Shown here: positions 7,005 to 17,030 of the stretch, piece after piece
Layout: every line of letters begins with the position of its first letter
Numbering within the stretch: the first letter of the stretch is position 1
DNA from: a virus
Taxonomy: Duplodnaviria; Caudoviricetes
IMG/VR virus record: IMGVR_UViG_3300007735_000753
Span: 1-52,330 of that record
Length of the DNA stretch: 52,330 nucleotides
Direction: 5' to 3' (one strand)
Notes under the pieces: generated by a model
The model's input: the letters and a program-made list of their open reading frames with translations, nothing else
Told to the model about the DNA's origin: nothing
Database searches by the model: none
Position numbers and translations under genes: made by a program

Positions 7005-8271
7005 GATCGACCCTTATCCGCCTGATTGTCGTGAGGCCCCATCGCGGGTGTGTCCACCACATGGTCTGGGTGGGAGGTTCCGGCTCGGCACGTAACTCGC
7101 TTTTGGCGTACTCGCTGAAGCCGGCAAGACATCCATTTGCAATTCCGTTTGGAAGTTGCATGGCAACGTGGAAATGCCCTGTGAGAACGTAATCCACTGG
7201 GCGGCCCATGCGCGCTAGCTGGGCACGACATTTATGGATGCCCCGCGCTATGGTGCCCGAGCTTCCTATGAACCCCTGCCCCCCTCTGGAGCCGATGCGA
7301 TCTCCATGGGTCAGGAGGTAGTGTGTGTTGAAGATGCTGAAGTAGGCATCGCCTGATGCTGGGGCGCAAAACGTGATGCGGGTTTCCCCTTTGGCCTTGA
7401 AGTAACTCTCAATTGCCCAGATCGCGAGGTAGTCATAGGAGAGGGCTACAAATCTCTTGGCCCTTGGCTTGAATGTAGTCCTGTCATGATTGCCCGGGAC
7501 TGAGTAGACAGTGATTTTAGGCACTACCTTAAGCAGTTCCTCCAATCCCCTGATCTCTTCCTCAGCCACCATTTGGGTCTGTTCGGTCGGGACCGTGTCT
7601 TGGGTTTCTGATAGGTCGGCGTGAATGTCGCCGGATACAGCATCCCCTCCCCGAAGATAAATGAACCCAGGATAGTCCATCTTCGGGTTCTCGCGCTCCA
7701 TCAGTTTGATGCTTGTCTTGATGAGGCGGCGGTATCTTTCCCGGAATATGGTCGGGTTGTAATCGTTCGGGAAATCAATCTCACTTGAGCGGATGACCTC
7801 CCCGGCTTGAAAGTCAGAGGTAAACAGGGTCGGGATTTCAGGTTGGGATTTACCGTTTGATTTCGGCACCTGCCATTGGGGGATGGATAGCTTGTCAGGC
7901 TGCAGGTTAAACACCGACTTCCTGATGTCTTCCAACTTCGACGCATACTCGAGTGCATCGGTAAGTCGTTTCTGGAGGTCCGCGACTTGGTTCCTGGTCC
8001 TGACCGTATCGGGCGTCTGCTCGGATATTTTAGCGGCTTTAGACCCCTGATAGAGTTTCCAGTTTGGAGGTGGAAAACCTAGAACCTTAGCCCTATTGAC
8101 CGAGTTCTGGAGGCTTGCGGGACCGATCTTGAGAGCAGCAGCAGCAGCGGCAATCGCTCCTTTGATATGTTGCCCCCCGGTTCCCGGAGGCGGGTGGCCT
8201 TTTCTTAAAGCGTCTTCAATAACAGCCTTTCGGCGCTTCCATTCCGTCAGATTGAGCGGAGGCGTTGGCAC
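6997..8271 (-). CDS. Calcineurin-like metallophosphoesterase with N-terminal extension
   Basis: SDFQ, GGD, PGNHD, THGD and GHFH motifs. Confidence 0.85.
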   Translation of the reverse strand: MPTPPLNLTEWKRRKAVIEDALRKGHPPPGTGGQHIKGAIAAAAAALKIGPASLQNSVNRAKVLGFPPPNWKLYQGSKAAKISEQTPDTVRTRNQVADLQKRLTDALEYASKLEDIRKSVFNLQPDKLSIPQWQVPKSNGKSQPEIPTLFTSDFQAGEVIRSSEIDFPNDYNPTIFRERYRRLIKTSIKLMERENPKMDYPGFIYLRGGDAVSGDIHADLSETQDTVPTEQTQMVAEEEIRGLEELLKVVPKITVYSVPGNHDRTTFKPRAKRFVALSYDYLAIWAIESYFKAKGETRITFCAPASGDAYFSIFNTHYLLTHGDRIGSRGGQGFIGSSGTIARGIHKCRAQLARMGRPVDYVLTGHFHVAMQLPNGIANGCLAGFSEYAKSELRAEPEPPTQTMWWTHPRWGLTTIRRIRVDHD

Positions 8272-8470
8272 GATTTCACCTTTTACCGTTCGGGGTAATT
8301 GGGGCTATGTAAGGGAGAGAAGCTTGTAAAATAGCGCGAGCGGGAAAAACGCGAGGATGCAGAAAACGAGACTTGGTGCAGTCCAAAGCCAGTCCATCTG
8401 CCAGAGGTCCCAGTTTTCTATTTTTCTATAGAATATGCGCTCGCTAGCCTTCTTGGTGTTTCTGGGCACG

Positions 8471-8698
8471 TCACTGGCCCAGTGTAAGTTTGACGCCAAA
8501 GTATCCCGCCATGGCGCCCAGCACGCCCACGACGCTCGGCAGGATGACGATGAGCCACTTGGCTCCCTTACCCTGGTTCAATATCGCCGTGAGCATTTCG
8601 ACTTGCTCCCGGAGTTTTGTTACCTCGTTACTCAGGGCCGTTACAGTGCCCCTCAGTTCGCCTACGTCTCTGTGAAGATCTGCCGCTTCAGTCATCAA
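8471..8698 (-). CDS. Coiled-coil plus C-terminal TM protein (holin/antiholin-like)
   Basis: Heptad region followed by a TM helix; follows the endolysin. Confidence 0.6.
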   Translation of the reverse strand: MMTEAADLHRDVGELRGTVTALSNEVTKLREQVEMLTAILNQGKGAKWLIVILPSVVGVLGAMAGYFGVKLTLGQ

Positions 8699-8716
8699 GA
8701 TAAGTCCCTGAGTTCG

Positions 8717-9226
8717 CTACGCTTCGGATGTGGAGATTGGGGAGGAATTTACGGGAGGGATTGGCCCCACCCATTCAGGCTGGATGAGTTGGGACGTGGG
8801 CCAGCGATAGGCCACGACGCGGTCCATGGAGAATGAGGCGACGGACACGCTATCGGATTGATTTCCCCCGATGACTTGAATCAGGCGCTTGGCTCTGTCA
8901 GTCGCGAGATAGAACGCAACGTGCCCTTGCCATGCCGTGGGAGGTCGAGAGAAGACAACCACGCACCCAAGAATGGGAGAGTTCAATTTCCTTCCCCATG
9001 CTTCATAGGACCGGGCATTTGCTTTTCCTGAGTTGGGGACGTTTGCACGCTTGAGCATGGCTCCAACAAACGCAGCGCACCATGGGACTTCGTCCTGTCC
9101 GTCTGCGACCGAGGCTAACCCGGCATCATTCCAATACTTGATGATACGCGGGTTGTCTCCGTCCCCGGACACTTCCTTCACTCCCAGTTCGCCGCGTGCG
9201 TGACTGAGCCAGATTGGATCGACCAT
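8717..9226 (-). CDS. Putative endolysin, TIGR02594-type (NlpC/P60/CHAP-like)
   Basis: ARGELGVKE, DEVPWCAAFV, ARSY, GHVAFY and GGNQSDSV motifs. Confidence 0.85.
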   Translation of the reverse strand: MVDPIWLSHARGELGVKEVSGDGDNPRIIKYWNDAGLASVADGQDEVPWCAAFVGAMLKRANVPNSGKANARSYEAWGRKLNSPILGCVVVFSRPPTAWQGHVAFYLATDRAKRLIQVIGGNQSDSVSVASFSMDRVVAYRWPTSQLIQPEWVGPIPPVNSSPISTSEA

Positions 9227-9237
9227 GTTCTGTTGCC

Positions 9238-9879
9238 TTACGTATAAGCAAATGTGATGCGCCCATTGGCGCCGTTGCCGCCAACATTGGACCCGCCGCC
9301 GCCACCACCGCCGGGTGCTGTTCCGGCCCCACCATCCCCACCACCACTGCCGCCCGTGCCGCCACCGCCACCGTTAGGAGCATTTCCACCATTGCCGCTA
9401 TTGCCCCCACCCGATCCATTTGCACCGCTCCCGCCTGCGGTGTTTGTGTCACCACCCGACGCCCCGCCACCCGCGCCGCCCGTCGCTGTCTGCGTTGCAG
9501 TGCCGCCGTTGGCGTTAAGGCTAATCGCGCCGCCGCCCACCGTCCCCGTAACGGTTGATGATGTGCCGTTTGTGGCGTCGCTGGCCGTTGCGCCACTTTC
9601 ACCATTGCCGGCATTTCCGACGCTATAAGCGAGGTTGTTTCCCCATTCGGAAGAGTTGATGGTTTTGGTGATGATGACATAACCACCAGACCCGCCGCCG
9701 CCGCCGCCAACACCAACAGCACCGCCACCGCCACCGCCACCCCAGCAGGTGATAACGACCTGTGTGGAGTTGGTCGGGATTGCATCATTCCCCGATCCGC
9801 TGTTGTAGGTGTTGGTTACAGGCGTGAACGAAACACCACCCGCAGCAAACCCGATTAGTTGATTGACTTGGAGGCTCAT
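9238..9879 (-). CDS. Glycine-rich tail-fibre-associated protein
   Basis: VVITCWGGGGGGG, GGGGGGSGGY, GANGRITF; follows the tail fibre gene. Confidence 0.75.
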   Translation of the reverse strand: MSLQVNQLIGFAAGGVSFTPVTNTYNSGSGNDAIPTNSTQVVITCWGGGGGGGAVGVGGGGGGSGGYVIITKTINSSEWGNNLAYSVGNAGNGESGATASDATNGTSSTVTGTVGGGAISLNANGGTATQTATGGAGGGASGGDTNTAGGSGANGSGGGNSGNGGNAPNGGGGGTGGSGGGDGGAGTAPGGGGGGGSNVGGNGANGRITFAYT

Positions 9880-9882
9880 GGA

Positions 9883-11412
9883 TCAATCATCCACATTCGA
9901 GTCTATGGTGTAGAGAAGCTGGATGCCGATCAGCTTGGCATCAACGCCAAGCGTATCCCCGCCATCCGACACCGTGCGATTGATCTGGAAGTAGCAGATG
10001 TCGCCAACTGCGGGGGTTCCAGCAATTGTGATTGCCGAACTCTCAGGGCCTACGTGAACATCAAGCGCAGCGATGAGTGTGTCGCTCGAGGTCTGGGCAG
10101 TTCCAAACGCAGTATCAATCGCGTCATCGTTTGAAAGGGCGACGCCCTGAAGGCCCCACACCACACCACCCGAACCAGAAGCAGCAGTCCAGAAGGGGAT
10201 GAAGGTTACAGTCCCTTCGTTCCATCCCTTTGGAAAGGCCACCGTGAACTGGGCGAATTCCTGGGTGGTGGTGTCGAAGTCGAGAGTTTTATTCATCACC
10301 TTGTTGGTGGTCGATTCCGTAGTCCCTGATGCAGCGCCGTTTGTCGTGCGCGCTGTCATCGCCCCTGCCGGAACCCACACGGTCTGCTTGCCAATGCCGA
10401 TACGGTCGAGGCGAACTTTCTTGTAGGCAGATGCAGAGGCATCAAGGGTGGCAAGGTAGTCTGTAGAAGCTACGGGGGACGTGTCCTCAGTCGCGTTGTT
10501 GATTGCGTTGTACCAGAGGTCTGAAACAGTGACCTTGTTCCCCGCGTTGCTTTCCGAAGCATCGGCAAATGGAATGAGGTCTGCAATAGCGCCACCGCTA
10601 GTATCCGTCGTGAGAAGTTGAAGCCCATTGATGAGGAGGTTATCGACCGTCACCGTCTGCGCCGCGTTGCTCTCGCTGGCATCCGAGAAGATGAGTTTAT
10701 CCCCCGTTGCCCCGCCTGTTGTATCCGCAGTCAGATTGGCAAGGACATTGGTGAACAGGTCTTGAACTGTGACCTTGTTGGAGGCGTTGCTATCCGAGGC
10801 ATCTACGAAGGGGATGAAGTCTGCAACCGCTCCGCCCGTAGCATCAGTCGTGAGGCTGTTCAGGTCGGTGGCGTAGAGTTTGGGGTTTATGTATTCGAAG
10901 TAGGTTCCATCGTAGACAAGCCAGAGCGTATCCCCTGATGTAATGTCTCCCGCCGCCAACGCAGCCTGATGCTTGCGGATGGTTTTGGCCCCAAGCGCGT
11001 TGATATTGATAGTTGGATTGGTGACTGTATTTGTACCCGGTGCAATGATCTGAACCACCATCCCCGCTGTGTAGGCAGAGGGTGCAGGTGTAACTGTCCC
11101 CGTCATCGCATCGCCCGTTCCGCCGGGAGATGCGGCCTTCCAGATGGTTCCGTCCTGGATCTCCGCTACCCGCCCGTAATGGCTGCGAGACGTAGCAGCG
11201 CCTACGTTTGTGTGCCGGAATGTCCCCATGGGAAGGTTGGCCGAAGGCGTGGTCTGCCCATCAAGGGTGACGCAGTTCTCCAGACCGTCCACAATTCCGT
11301 CAAATTCGGCGTCCATCTCTGTAGCGCCGATAATATTTGTGGGAGGACCCGCGTCGCGACGTGCTACCCACGAGTAAAGACGGGTGAAAACACCACTACC
11401 GTTCCAAGGAAT
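9883..11412 (-). CDS. Tail fibre protein (probable ATT start at 11412)
   Basis: The frame extends 32 codons upstream of ATG 11316 to (M)PWNGSGVFTRLYSW, with GAGGAG SD 8 nt before ATT; four internal repeats. Confidence 0.8.
   Translation of the reverse strand: MPWNGSGVFTRLYSWVARRDAGPPTNIIGATEMDAEFDGIVDGLENCVTLDGQTTPSANLPMGTFRHTNVGAATSRSHYGRVAEIQDGTIWKAASPGGTGDAMTGTVTPAPSAYTAGMVVQIIAPGTNTVTNPTININALGAKTIRKHQAALAAGDITSGDTLWLVYDGTYFEYINPKLYATDLNSLTTDATGGAVADFIPFVDASDSNASNKVTVQDLFTNVLANLTADTTGGATGDKLIFSDASESNAAQTVTVDNLLINGLQLLTTDTSGGAIADLIPFADASESNAGNKVTVSDLWYNAINNATEDTSPVASTDYLATLDASASAYKKVRLDRIGIGKQTVWVPAGAMTARTTNGAASGTTESTTNKVMNKTLDFDTTTQEFAQFTVAFPKGWNEGTVTFIPFWTAASGSGGVVWGLQGVALSNDDAIDTAFGTAQTSSDTLIAALDVHVGPESSAITIAGTPAVGDICYFQINRTVSDGGDTLGVDAKLIGIQLLYTIDSNVDD
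10399..10854 (-). repeat. Four repeats of about 40 aa in the tail fibre shaft
   Basis: LTTDATGGAVADFIPFVDASDSN / LTADTTGGATGDKLIFSDASESN / LTTDTSGGAIADLIPFADASESN / ATEDTSPVASTDYLATLDASAS. Confidence 0.8.
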
Positions 11413-11469
11413 GGCCGTAACTCCTCTATACTGGATTATGTTTTTTGGAAGATCGACAGGGAGAACCGC

Positions 11470-11715
11470 ATGTCGAAACGAGAGATTTACTCAGCGTGCA
11501 TCTACGGATGCCTGAGCCTTCTGGCTCTTGCATTCGGTGGTCTATGGGGGCTGATCCTGATGAACGCGGGGTTCTGGATCAGTGCAATAGATCTGGGATG
11601 GATTGACGATTACTTCGACCGAAAGCCGGAAGAGGCAATCGAGCCCGAACCCAAGGAAGAGCTACCGCCCAATGTGGTGAGGCTGCCCGTCCGTGAGTTC
11701 AAGAAGACAGCCTAG
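11470..11715 (+). CDS. Opposite-strand small membrane protein (moron)
   Basis: GGGAG SD; TM region followed by an acidic tail; AT-rich upstream region. Confidence 0.65.
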   Translation: MSKREIYSACIYGCLSLLALAFGGLWGLILMNAGFWISAIDLGWIDDYFDRKPEEAIEPEPKEELPPNVVRLPVREFKKTA

Positions 11716-14027
11716 AGGCCGGGAACGTATGGGGCTGCTGCTTGACCCGCAGCTTGCGTTCCAGTGACCACGGCGCCACCGCCATAGGTTCTGGTATTCT
11801 CGTTCCCCGCTCCTGCTGCGCCTACTCCCTGCTGGATCTTCTGCATCCTTTGAGCGGCGGCGTAGTGCTTGTTCAGTAGTGCGAGACCAGCCTTCACCTC
11901 TGCCGGGTCTGTAGAGAAGAGGAGGCGGACAATCTCCGCCCGCGTCTTTTCTCCGATCCCATTGAGCGCCCCCATGAACCGGTTCCACCCGATGGCGTTG
12001 AGAAGAGGAGTAATGGAACCACTTGCCATTGACCTTCCCAGACCCGTAGCAGCCTCGGGAGACATGGCCGCAATTCCCTCATTCAGATCCGCCTGAGCCG
12101 CTGTTCGTTGTGCTGTGGGTGAGCCCACATTCACATCCCCATACGTCTCATACATCTTGTTCTCGATGTCGTATTTCTTGGCGAGTTCGTTGTACTTGTC
12201 TTCACCCAAGACCTGCTTCATGCGGTCGCGCTTTGCCTTGGTGCCAAAGATGCGATTGACCACGTTGCCCTTGTCGGGCGCACTCTCAATCTGCTCCTGC
12301 ACCTTCTGCATGTAGCCTTGGCGGTAGAACTCCTGCTCTGATTTGGAGAGGCCGGCGAGGTCTTTCTGAATCTGATCCGGGTGGGCGTTGACGGCCTTGC
12401 GTCCGTTCTCGAGCGCCCGCTGATTGGAGGCGTGCCCGGCGTAAATCTTTCTCCCCGTGGCATAGTCAGGGGAAAGGTTATCCATCTCCCGGAGCCACTG
12501 GTTCTTGAGGGTGGTGAGGTTTCGCGCTGCTTGGTTGTTTCCAGACCTGACCGCGCTATCGATCATGTCATCCAAGGCCATCTTTCCATAATGCATGGCC
12601 TTCATCGTGTAGCCGATGACATTCCCCTTGGCATCCGTGATGACCAACTCGGACATGGGAATGCCCTCGTCCTGCGCCATCTTCAGGCCCTGATTGATTG
12701 CCTGCTTTCCAGAGGGGCGGTTCGTAAGCTCGACCACCTTCTTCCCTGTGACCGGCTTGTTTCCTGAGAACGCCTTGTCGTAGTGGGGTTTTGCCTCTGC
12801 CGCTCGTTGAGCCGCAATCTCATCCGCTGTCTGAACGAATGAGCCGGGTGGTTTACCCAGCGCCTCCTGCATATCATCAGACACACGAGACCCCATCGCC
12901 TCCTGCCTGTTCTTGAGGAACTCTTGTGCCCTGTCCCGACCAGAGCCTGGCATCCGTGCTGCAGCCGTTCCCGCGTCCTTTACCGAAGTAGGTGCGATAT
13001 CGACGGGGGCGACTGGCTTCCCCCCAGCAGCGGCTCCTGCATACTCATCTGCAAACTCGTCGATTGTCTTTCCCGAGGCTAGGAACTTCTCAGCCAGATA
13101 CCGCGCGGCCTTGTCTTCAGGCTTGCGGAAGAGGTTGAGGAGTTTCTGCCCGCCCTTGGTAGCAGCGGGGCCTGCTACACCAATGGCAGTGCCCAAGACA
13201 GTGTTAAGAGCCAAGCGACCCATATCGTCGCCAATAACCCCCACCCTCTTCCCAAGCCCGCCCGTTGCATCGCCAGATGCGGCAATCTCTCCAGCAAGAC
13301 CGCCTGTAATGCCAAGGGCACCTATGGTTTCGACTGTCTTGCCAATGTTTGAGGTGGGGGCGGCTGCGATTACTCCCGCCACGCCCTTTGGTGCCGTCTT
13401 GCCGGCAGCCTCAGCCACAACCCTGGCGCTTGGCGCTCCGAGTGCCGCTCGCCCACCCCGGATAAGCCCTTGTGCGCCCTTGTAGAGCCCCGTGAAGAGG
13501 GGAGTGCCCCCAGCGAAACCAGCCGCACCAGATCCGATATTTGCGGCGGACCAATCGTCCTCGAGATCGCGATAACGCTGGTGCTTCTTTTCTGCATCGG
13601 CGAGTTTCTTCTCGTAGTCACCGTCAAAGAGGGCGCCACCACCAGCCACAACCTCATCGCCATAGCCAAACAGCATATTGTCGAGAAGGTTCAGGGCGTA
13701 CCCCTGCCGCCTCTCACCAAGATCACGGTCATCCCCGGGGCGGTCATATCGCTTCCGGTTAGTCTCGACCGTCTTCATGTTCTCGTCGTATGAGCCTTCT
13801 CCCATGAGAACGCCGCCGGCTGCTAGAACTTCGTCTGGAACCATGCCCCCAATGGTATCCCGCCCCCACTCGGCCCATGTGCGCTCTGGCCGCTCTATAT
13901 CCGGGTCCATCATCATGAGGTCTTCATCGGACAGGGCGGTAGACTGGATGAGTTCATCATCCGACATGGCCTTTGCCGTGCGCTTGGCGTTTGCGGCTTT
14001 CTGCTCTTTCGTGGGGATGTAGGGCAT
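11712..14027 (-). CDS. Large internal virion / DNA ejection protein
   Basis: About 771 aa, Ala/Gly-rich helical with hydrophobic segments; TAATG-coupled start; position before the tail fibre. Confidence 0.75.
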   Translation of the reverse strand: MPYIPTKEQKAANAKRTAKAMSDDELIQSTALSDEDLMMMDPDIERPERTWAEWGRDTIGGMVPDEVLAAGGVLMGEGSYDENMKTVETNRKRYDRPGDDRDLGERRQGYALNLLDNMLFGYGDEVVAGGGALFDGDYEKKLADAEKKHQRYRDLEDDWSAANIGSGAAGFAGGTPLFTGLYKGAQGLIRGGRAALGAPSARVVAEAAGKTAPKGVAGVIAAAPTSNIGKTVETIGALGITGGLAGEIAASGDATGGLGKRVGVIGDDMGRLALNTVLGTAIGVAGPAATKGGQKLLNLFRKPEDKAARYLAEKFLASGKTIDEFADEYAGAAAGGKPVAPVDIAPTSVKDAGTAAARMPGSGRDRAQEFLKNRQEAMGSRVSDDMQEALGKPPGSFVQTADEIAAQRAAEAKPHYDKAFSGNKPVTGKKVVELTNRPSGKQAINQGLKMAQDEGIPMSELVITDAKGNVIGYTMKAMHYGKMALDDMIDSAVRSGNNQAARNLTTLKNQWLREMDNLSPDYATGRKIYAGHASNQRALENGRKAVNAHPDQIQKDLAGLSKSEQEFYRQGYMQKVQEQIESAPDKGNVVNRIFGTKAKRDRMKQVLGEDKYNELAKKYDIENKMYETYGDVNVGSPTAQRTAAQADLNEGIAAMSPEAATGLGRSMASGSITPLLNAIGWNRFMGALNGIGEKTRAEIVRLLFSTDPAEVKAGLALLNKHYAAAQRMQKIQQGVGAAGAGNENTRTYGGGAVVTGTQAAGQAAAPYVPGL

Positions 14028-15688
14028 TACTTCGGAATCCATCCTACCTTGCCTGAAGCATCCCTGCCCCAGACGAATGATTGACCGTTAGGCGCCTTGT
14101 ATTCTGTCTTTCCAATGATGCGCTTTTCCTTGGGGGGAAGAGCGACCTTGGTCCCTGATGGGCGTGGGGTGGAAGGTGCAGAGGGATTCGATCCCTTGCC
14201 ACCCGAGGGTGACGGCTCCTCTCCGCCCAATGTTGCCGGCGCTCCAAATGGCTCCGGCGTCTCGCCTCTCGCCTTGGCCTGACGCACATATTCTTCGTAG
14301 TAAATCCGCGCCTGACGCTGCTTGCGTGTGTAAAGATCACCAAGGATCTTCTTCATGACTTCTGGGTTTTGAAGTGCAGAACCAGGATCGCCACCCAACG
14401 CCTTCAGCACGCGCACCGCGTCATACTCGGTCATGACACCGGGGCCAACGATGGTGGTTCTGAACAGACCGAGCAGGGCTTGGATCTGATTGTCGGCGGA
14501 GAGTTTGTTGAATTCGTCTGGCGTGAGGGTCTTCCCACCCCAAATGATCTGTTTGGCCTTGGCGGCGACATCAATGGCCCAACGATTGACGCCCGTTGGA
14601 ATGTCTTTCACCGTCTGGAAGTATGTATTCAATGCTTCCATGCCGTTGACTTCGTTCTGATAGTCCTGCCGCAGCTTGACGTACTGCGAGGGTGTCATCA
14701 GTTTTGGAGCAGGGCCGCTTGCCTTGCTCACCCGCTTCCACCCACCATCGACCTGATAGTACAGTTGGCGGTCGTTAGGATTGAAGTAGGTGGAGACGGG
14801 CTGTCCGTCGGGACCTGCAATCGTAGGTCCTGGCTTTACCTGCCACTTTCCTCCGGGGCCGGGAGTCTTGTACACGGGATCTGGCGCACCGCCTTCAGGA
14901 GCCGGAGCCTCACCAGAAGCAGGTGCGCCACTCTCAGGAGAAGGCCCGCCAGACACCTCGACAGGCTCTGGTGCTGCCGGATCGTACCCTGACCCATCAT
15001 CGGACCCTTTCCACCGTGGATACGGATCGCCCACGTTTTCCCATTGCTTTGTCTCTGCGTTCCATTGCTTGGTGACAGCCATCCCGCCTTCATAGAAGGT
15101 GCGGGTAGTGGGCGCGTCACCCCCATCAGCAGCCGCAGCAGCCTTCCGCAGTTTGTAGTCGAGTGCCTTGTCCACCAACTCAGGATCACCGGACTTCATC
15201 CACTCGTCCATCATGGCGTCGAAGTTGCCGCCTGATTTCTCGAACCCGCCCGACACCATATCCCGCCGGCGCTTCTCTACTTGGGCCTGTTCGTCATCGG
15301 CCTTCTTGTTCATCCACGCGCCCGCGATCTGGGAGACCGCATTTGCCACCGCCTGCATCGGATGGTTCACTTCCATCTGCTTGCCCATGAGGGCTTCGGC
15401 GAGTTTGCGCCTTCTTTCAATGGAAGATGCACTTGGAAAGTCCCCCTCCGGCTGGTTGGGTTGGGGTTGGGCGCCCCCTCCCCCACCATCACCACCGAAC
15501 ATGCCGCTCCCCGTTGCTTCGGCGGGGGTGAACATGGACTGGACTTGTTCAATAGGCTGGGGCGCACCTACGCCACCCACTCCCTGATTGGGAAGTTGGG
15601 TTGGTGTCTCCTGCCCCCATTCTTCAGGGGCTACAAATCCGGGCGGACGTGTAGGCTGAAGGAACGGGTTTTGCCATGTTACGACCAT
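14027..15688 (-). CDS. Internal virion / DNA ejection protein
   Basis: 553 aa; disordered N-terminus, RRRKLAEALM and MQAVANAVSQIAGAW; position in the ejection cluster. Confidence 0.7.
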   Translation of the reverse strand: MVVTWQNPFLQPTRPPGFVAPEEWGQETPTQLPNQGVGGVGAPQPIEQVQSMFTPAEATGSGMFGGDGGGGGAQPQPNQPEGDFPSASSIERRRKLAEALMGKQMEVNHPMQAVANAVSQIAGAWMNKKADDEQAQVEKRRRDMVSGGFEKSGGNFDAMMDEWMKSGDPELVDKALDYKLRKAAAAADGGDAPTTRTFYEGGMAVTKQWNAETKQWENVGDPYPRWKGSDDGSGYDPAAPEPVEVSGGPSPESGAPASGEAPAPEGGAPDPVYKTPGPGGKWQVKPGPTIAGPDGQPVSTYFNPNDRQLYYQVDGGWKRVSKASGPAPKLMTPSQYVKLRQDYQNEVNGMEALNTYFQTVKDIPTGVNRWAIDVAAKAKQIIWGGKTLTPDEFNKLSADNQIQALLGLFRTTIVGPGVMTEYDAVRVLKALGGDPGSALQNPEVMKKILGDLYTRKQRQARIYYEEYVRQAKARGETPEPFGAPATLGGEEPSPSGGKGSNPSAPSTPRPSGTKVALPPKEKRIIGKTEYKAPNGQSFVWGRDASGKVGWIPK

Positions 15689-15703
15689 ATAGGGACTTCC
15701 TGA

Positions 15704-16072
15704 TTACTTGCGACGCTTCTTCGACACTTCGTTGCCAACAAGGCCCCCAGCCCCGCCTCCAGCCGCAGTCACTACAGCGTTGGCAGCCAGCCGACCGCGC
15801 CGCATCTTGCCCTCGTTTCTCCAAGCCACGGATGCGGCTCCGGGCCCATCGGGATCACCCCCGCGATAGCGTATGGACTCAAGCTGGTTATCAGCCTGAT
15901 CCGCTACCCTTCGATCTAAATTAGGGTCTGAAGAAAACCGCTCTTTGTACCTTCGGCCAAGGCGCCTTGCGATCAAGTTGGCTGCAATTGCCCCAGCAAC
16001 ACCGCCACCAAAAACATCGGGGTCTAGCGCCTTCTCAAACACGTCGCGGTTGTCTTCTTGTTTCTTGCTCAT
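15704..16072 (-). CDS. Glycine-zipper small protein with DNRDVFEKAL motif
   Basis: Motif at the N-terminus, two Gly-zipper segments, KKRRK end. Confidence 0.75.
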   Translation of the reverse strand: MSKKQEDNRDVFEKALDPDVFGGGVAGAIAANLIARRLGRRYKERFSSDPNLDRRVADQADNQLESIRYRGGDPDGPGAASVAWRNEGKMRRGRLAANAVVTAAGGGAGGLVGNEVSKKRRK

Positions 16073-16075
16073 GGA

Positions 16076-16609
16076 CTAACCCCCGAACGCGCGCTTCATG
16101 ATGGCCTGAATGAGAACCTGACGCTTGCGCTCTTCTTCAGGATCTGAACTTGCAGAGACGGGGCCCTTCGGTCCCTGATTGACGCCCATGCCGCCCGGCT
16201 GTGCGCCTGGAGCATAAGGCATGTTCTCGACCGGAGGCTTGGACCCCGGCTGCGGGGGCTTCTCGGGCTTTACAAAGCCACGGGAGAACCCCTGACCGAA
16301 CCCATCCGGTTCCTGATAGGGAAGCTGCTCAATACCCGGAGCGGGCATCCCCTGAGACGAGCCCAAGTCCTGAATGCCCGTCGGCTGACCCGGCTGGAAC
16401 GCGCCCATGTTGAAGTCCGGCATCGGACCCGAGAACGGCATATTCTGCACGCCCGGAGCGCCGTCTGGACCGCCGAAGGAAGGACCGAGGTTCATCCCCG
16501 CGCCTACCCCGCCCTGACCACCCTGCGGCGGGGGCATACCCCCACCCTGCGGGCTCTGGAACATCTGCGCCATCAACTGCGCCTGCTGGTTGTTTCCGTA
16601 GAATGACAT
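16076..16609 (-). CDS. Pro/Gly/Gln-rich disordered protein with C-terminal RQVLIQAIM helix
   Basis: GGAGG SD; tandem packing with neighbours. Confidence 0.7.
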   Translation of the reverse strand: MSFYGNNQQAQLMAQMFQSPQGGGMPPPQGGQGGVGAGMNLGPSFGGPDGAPGVQNMPFSGPMPDFNMGAFQPGQPTGIQDLGSSQGMPAPGIEQLPYQEPDGFGQGFSRGFVKPEKPPQPGSKPPVENMPYAPGAQPGGMGVNQGPKGPVSASSDPEEERKRQVLIQAIMKRAFGG

Positions 16610-16615
16610 GAGTGC

Positions 16616-17029
16616 CTAACCTCCTGGCGGCTTGAACATTGGTGTGGTGCGTGGTGCAGGCTTTGCAGGGGGCGCCATGGGCCGTCCTGCGGGTGGCTTA
16701 TAGCTACCCATTCCCCCACCTGCCGGGCCGCCCGCGCGGGCCATCACGGAGCGGATGAGCGCCGTCCTGCCGGGTGACATGCCATTGCCCTGCGGAGCGC
16801 CACCCACGGGCGCCTGTGGGGCGGGTGGTTGGGTCTGTGGAGCCGGGGGCTGTGTCTGGGGCATCGGGGCCTGACCACCGGGGCCATACGCCATGATGGG
16901 CGGTGCCTTTGGGTCGGGGCCGTAGATGGTATTCATATTGGTCGGGGGCGGAGCGGGAGGGGAAACCCGTCCCAGCATCTGAGGCTGCTTTCCGCCCGGA
17001 GCGGTAAACATGGGGTTCATGGGGCTCAT
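16616..17029 (-). CDS. Pro-rich disordered protein with RTALIRSVM helix
   Basis: GAGGA SD; tandem packing. Confidence 0.7.
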   Translation of the reverse strand: MSPMNPMFTAPGGKQPQMLGRVSPPAPPPTNMNTIYGPDPKAPPIMAYGPGGQAPMPQTQPPAPQTQPPAPQAPVGGAPQGNGMSPGRTALIRSVMARAGGPAGGGMGSYKPPAGRPMAPPAKPAPRTTPMFKPPGG

Positions 17030-17030
17030 T

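Noticed and set aside
9238-11412. Diversity-generating retroelement or invertase acting on the tail fibre
   Set aside because: No reverse transcriptase, invertase or template/variable repeat pair was seen
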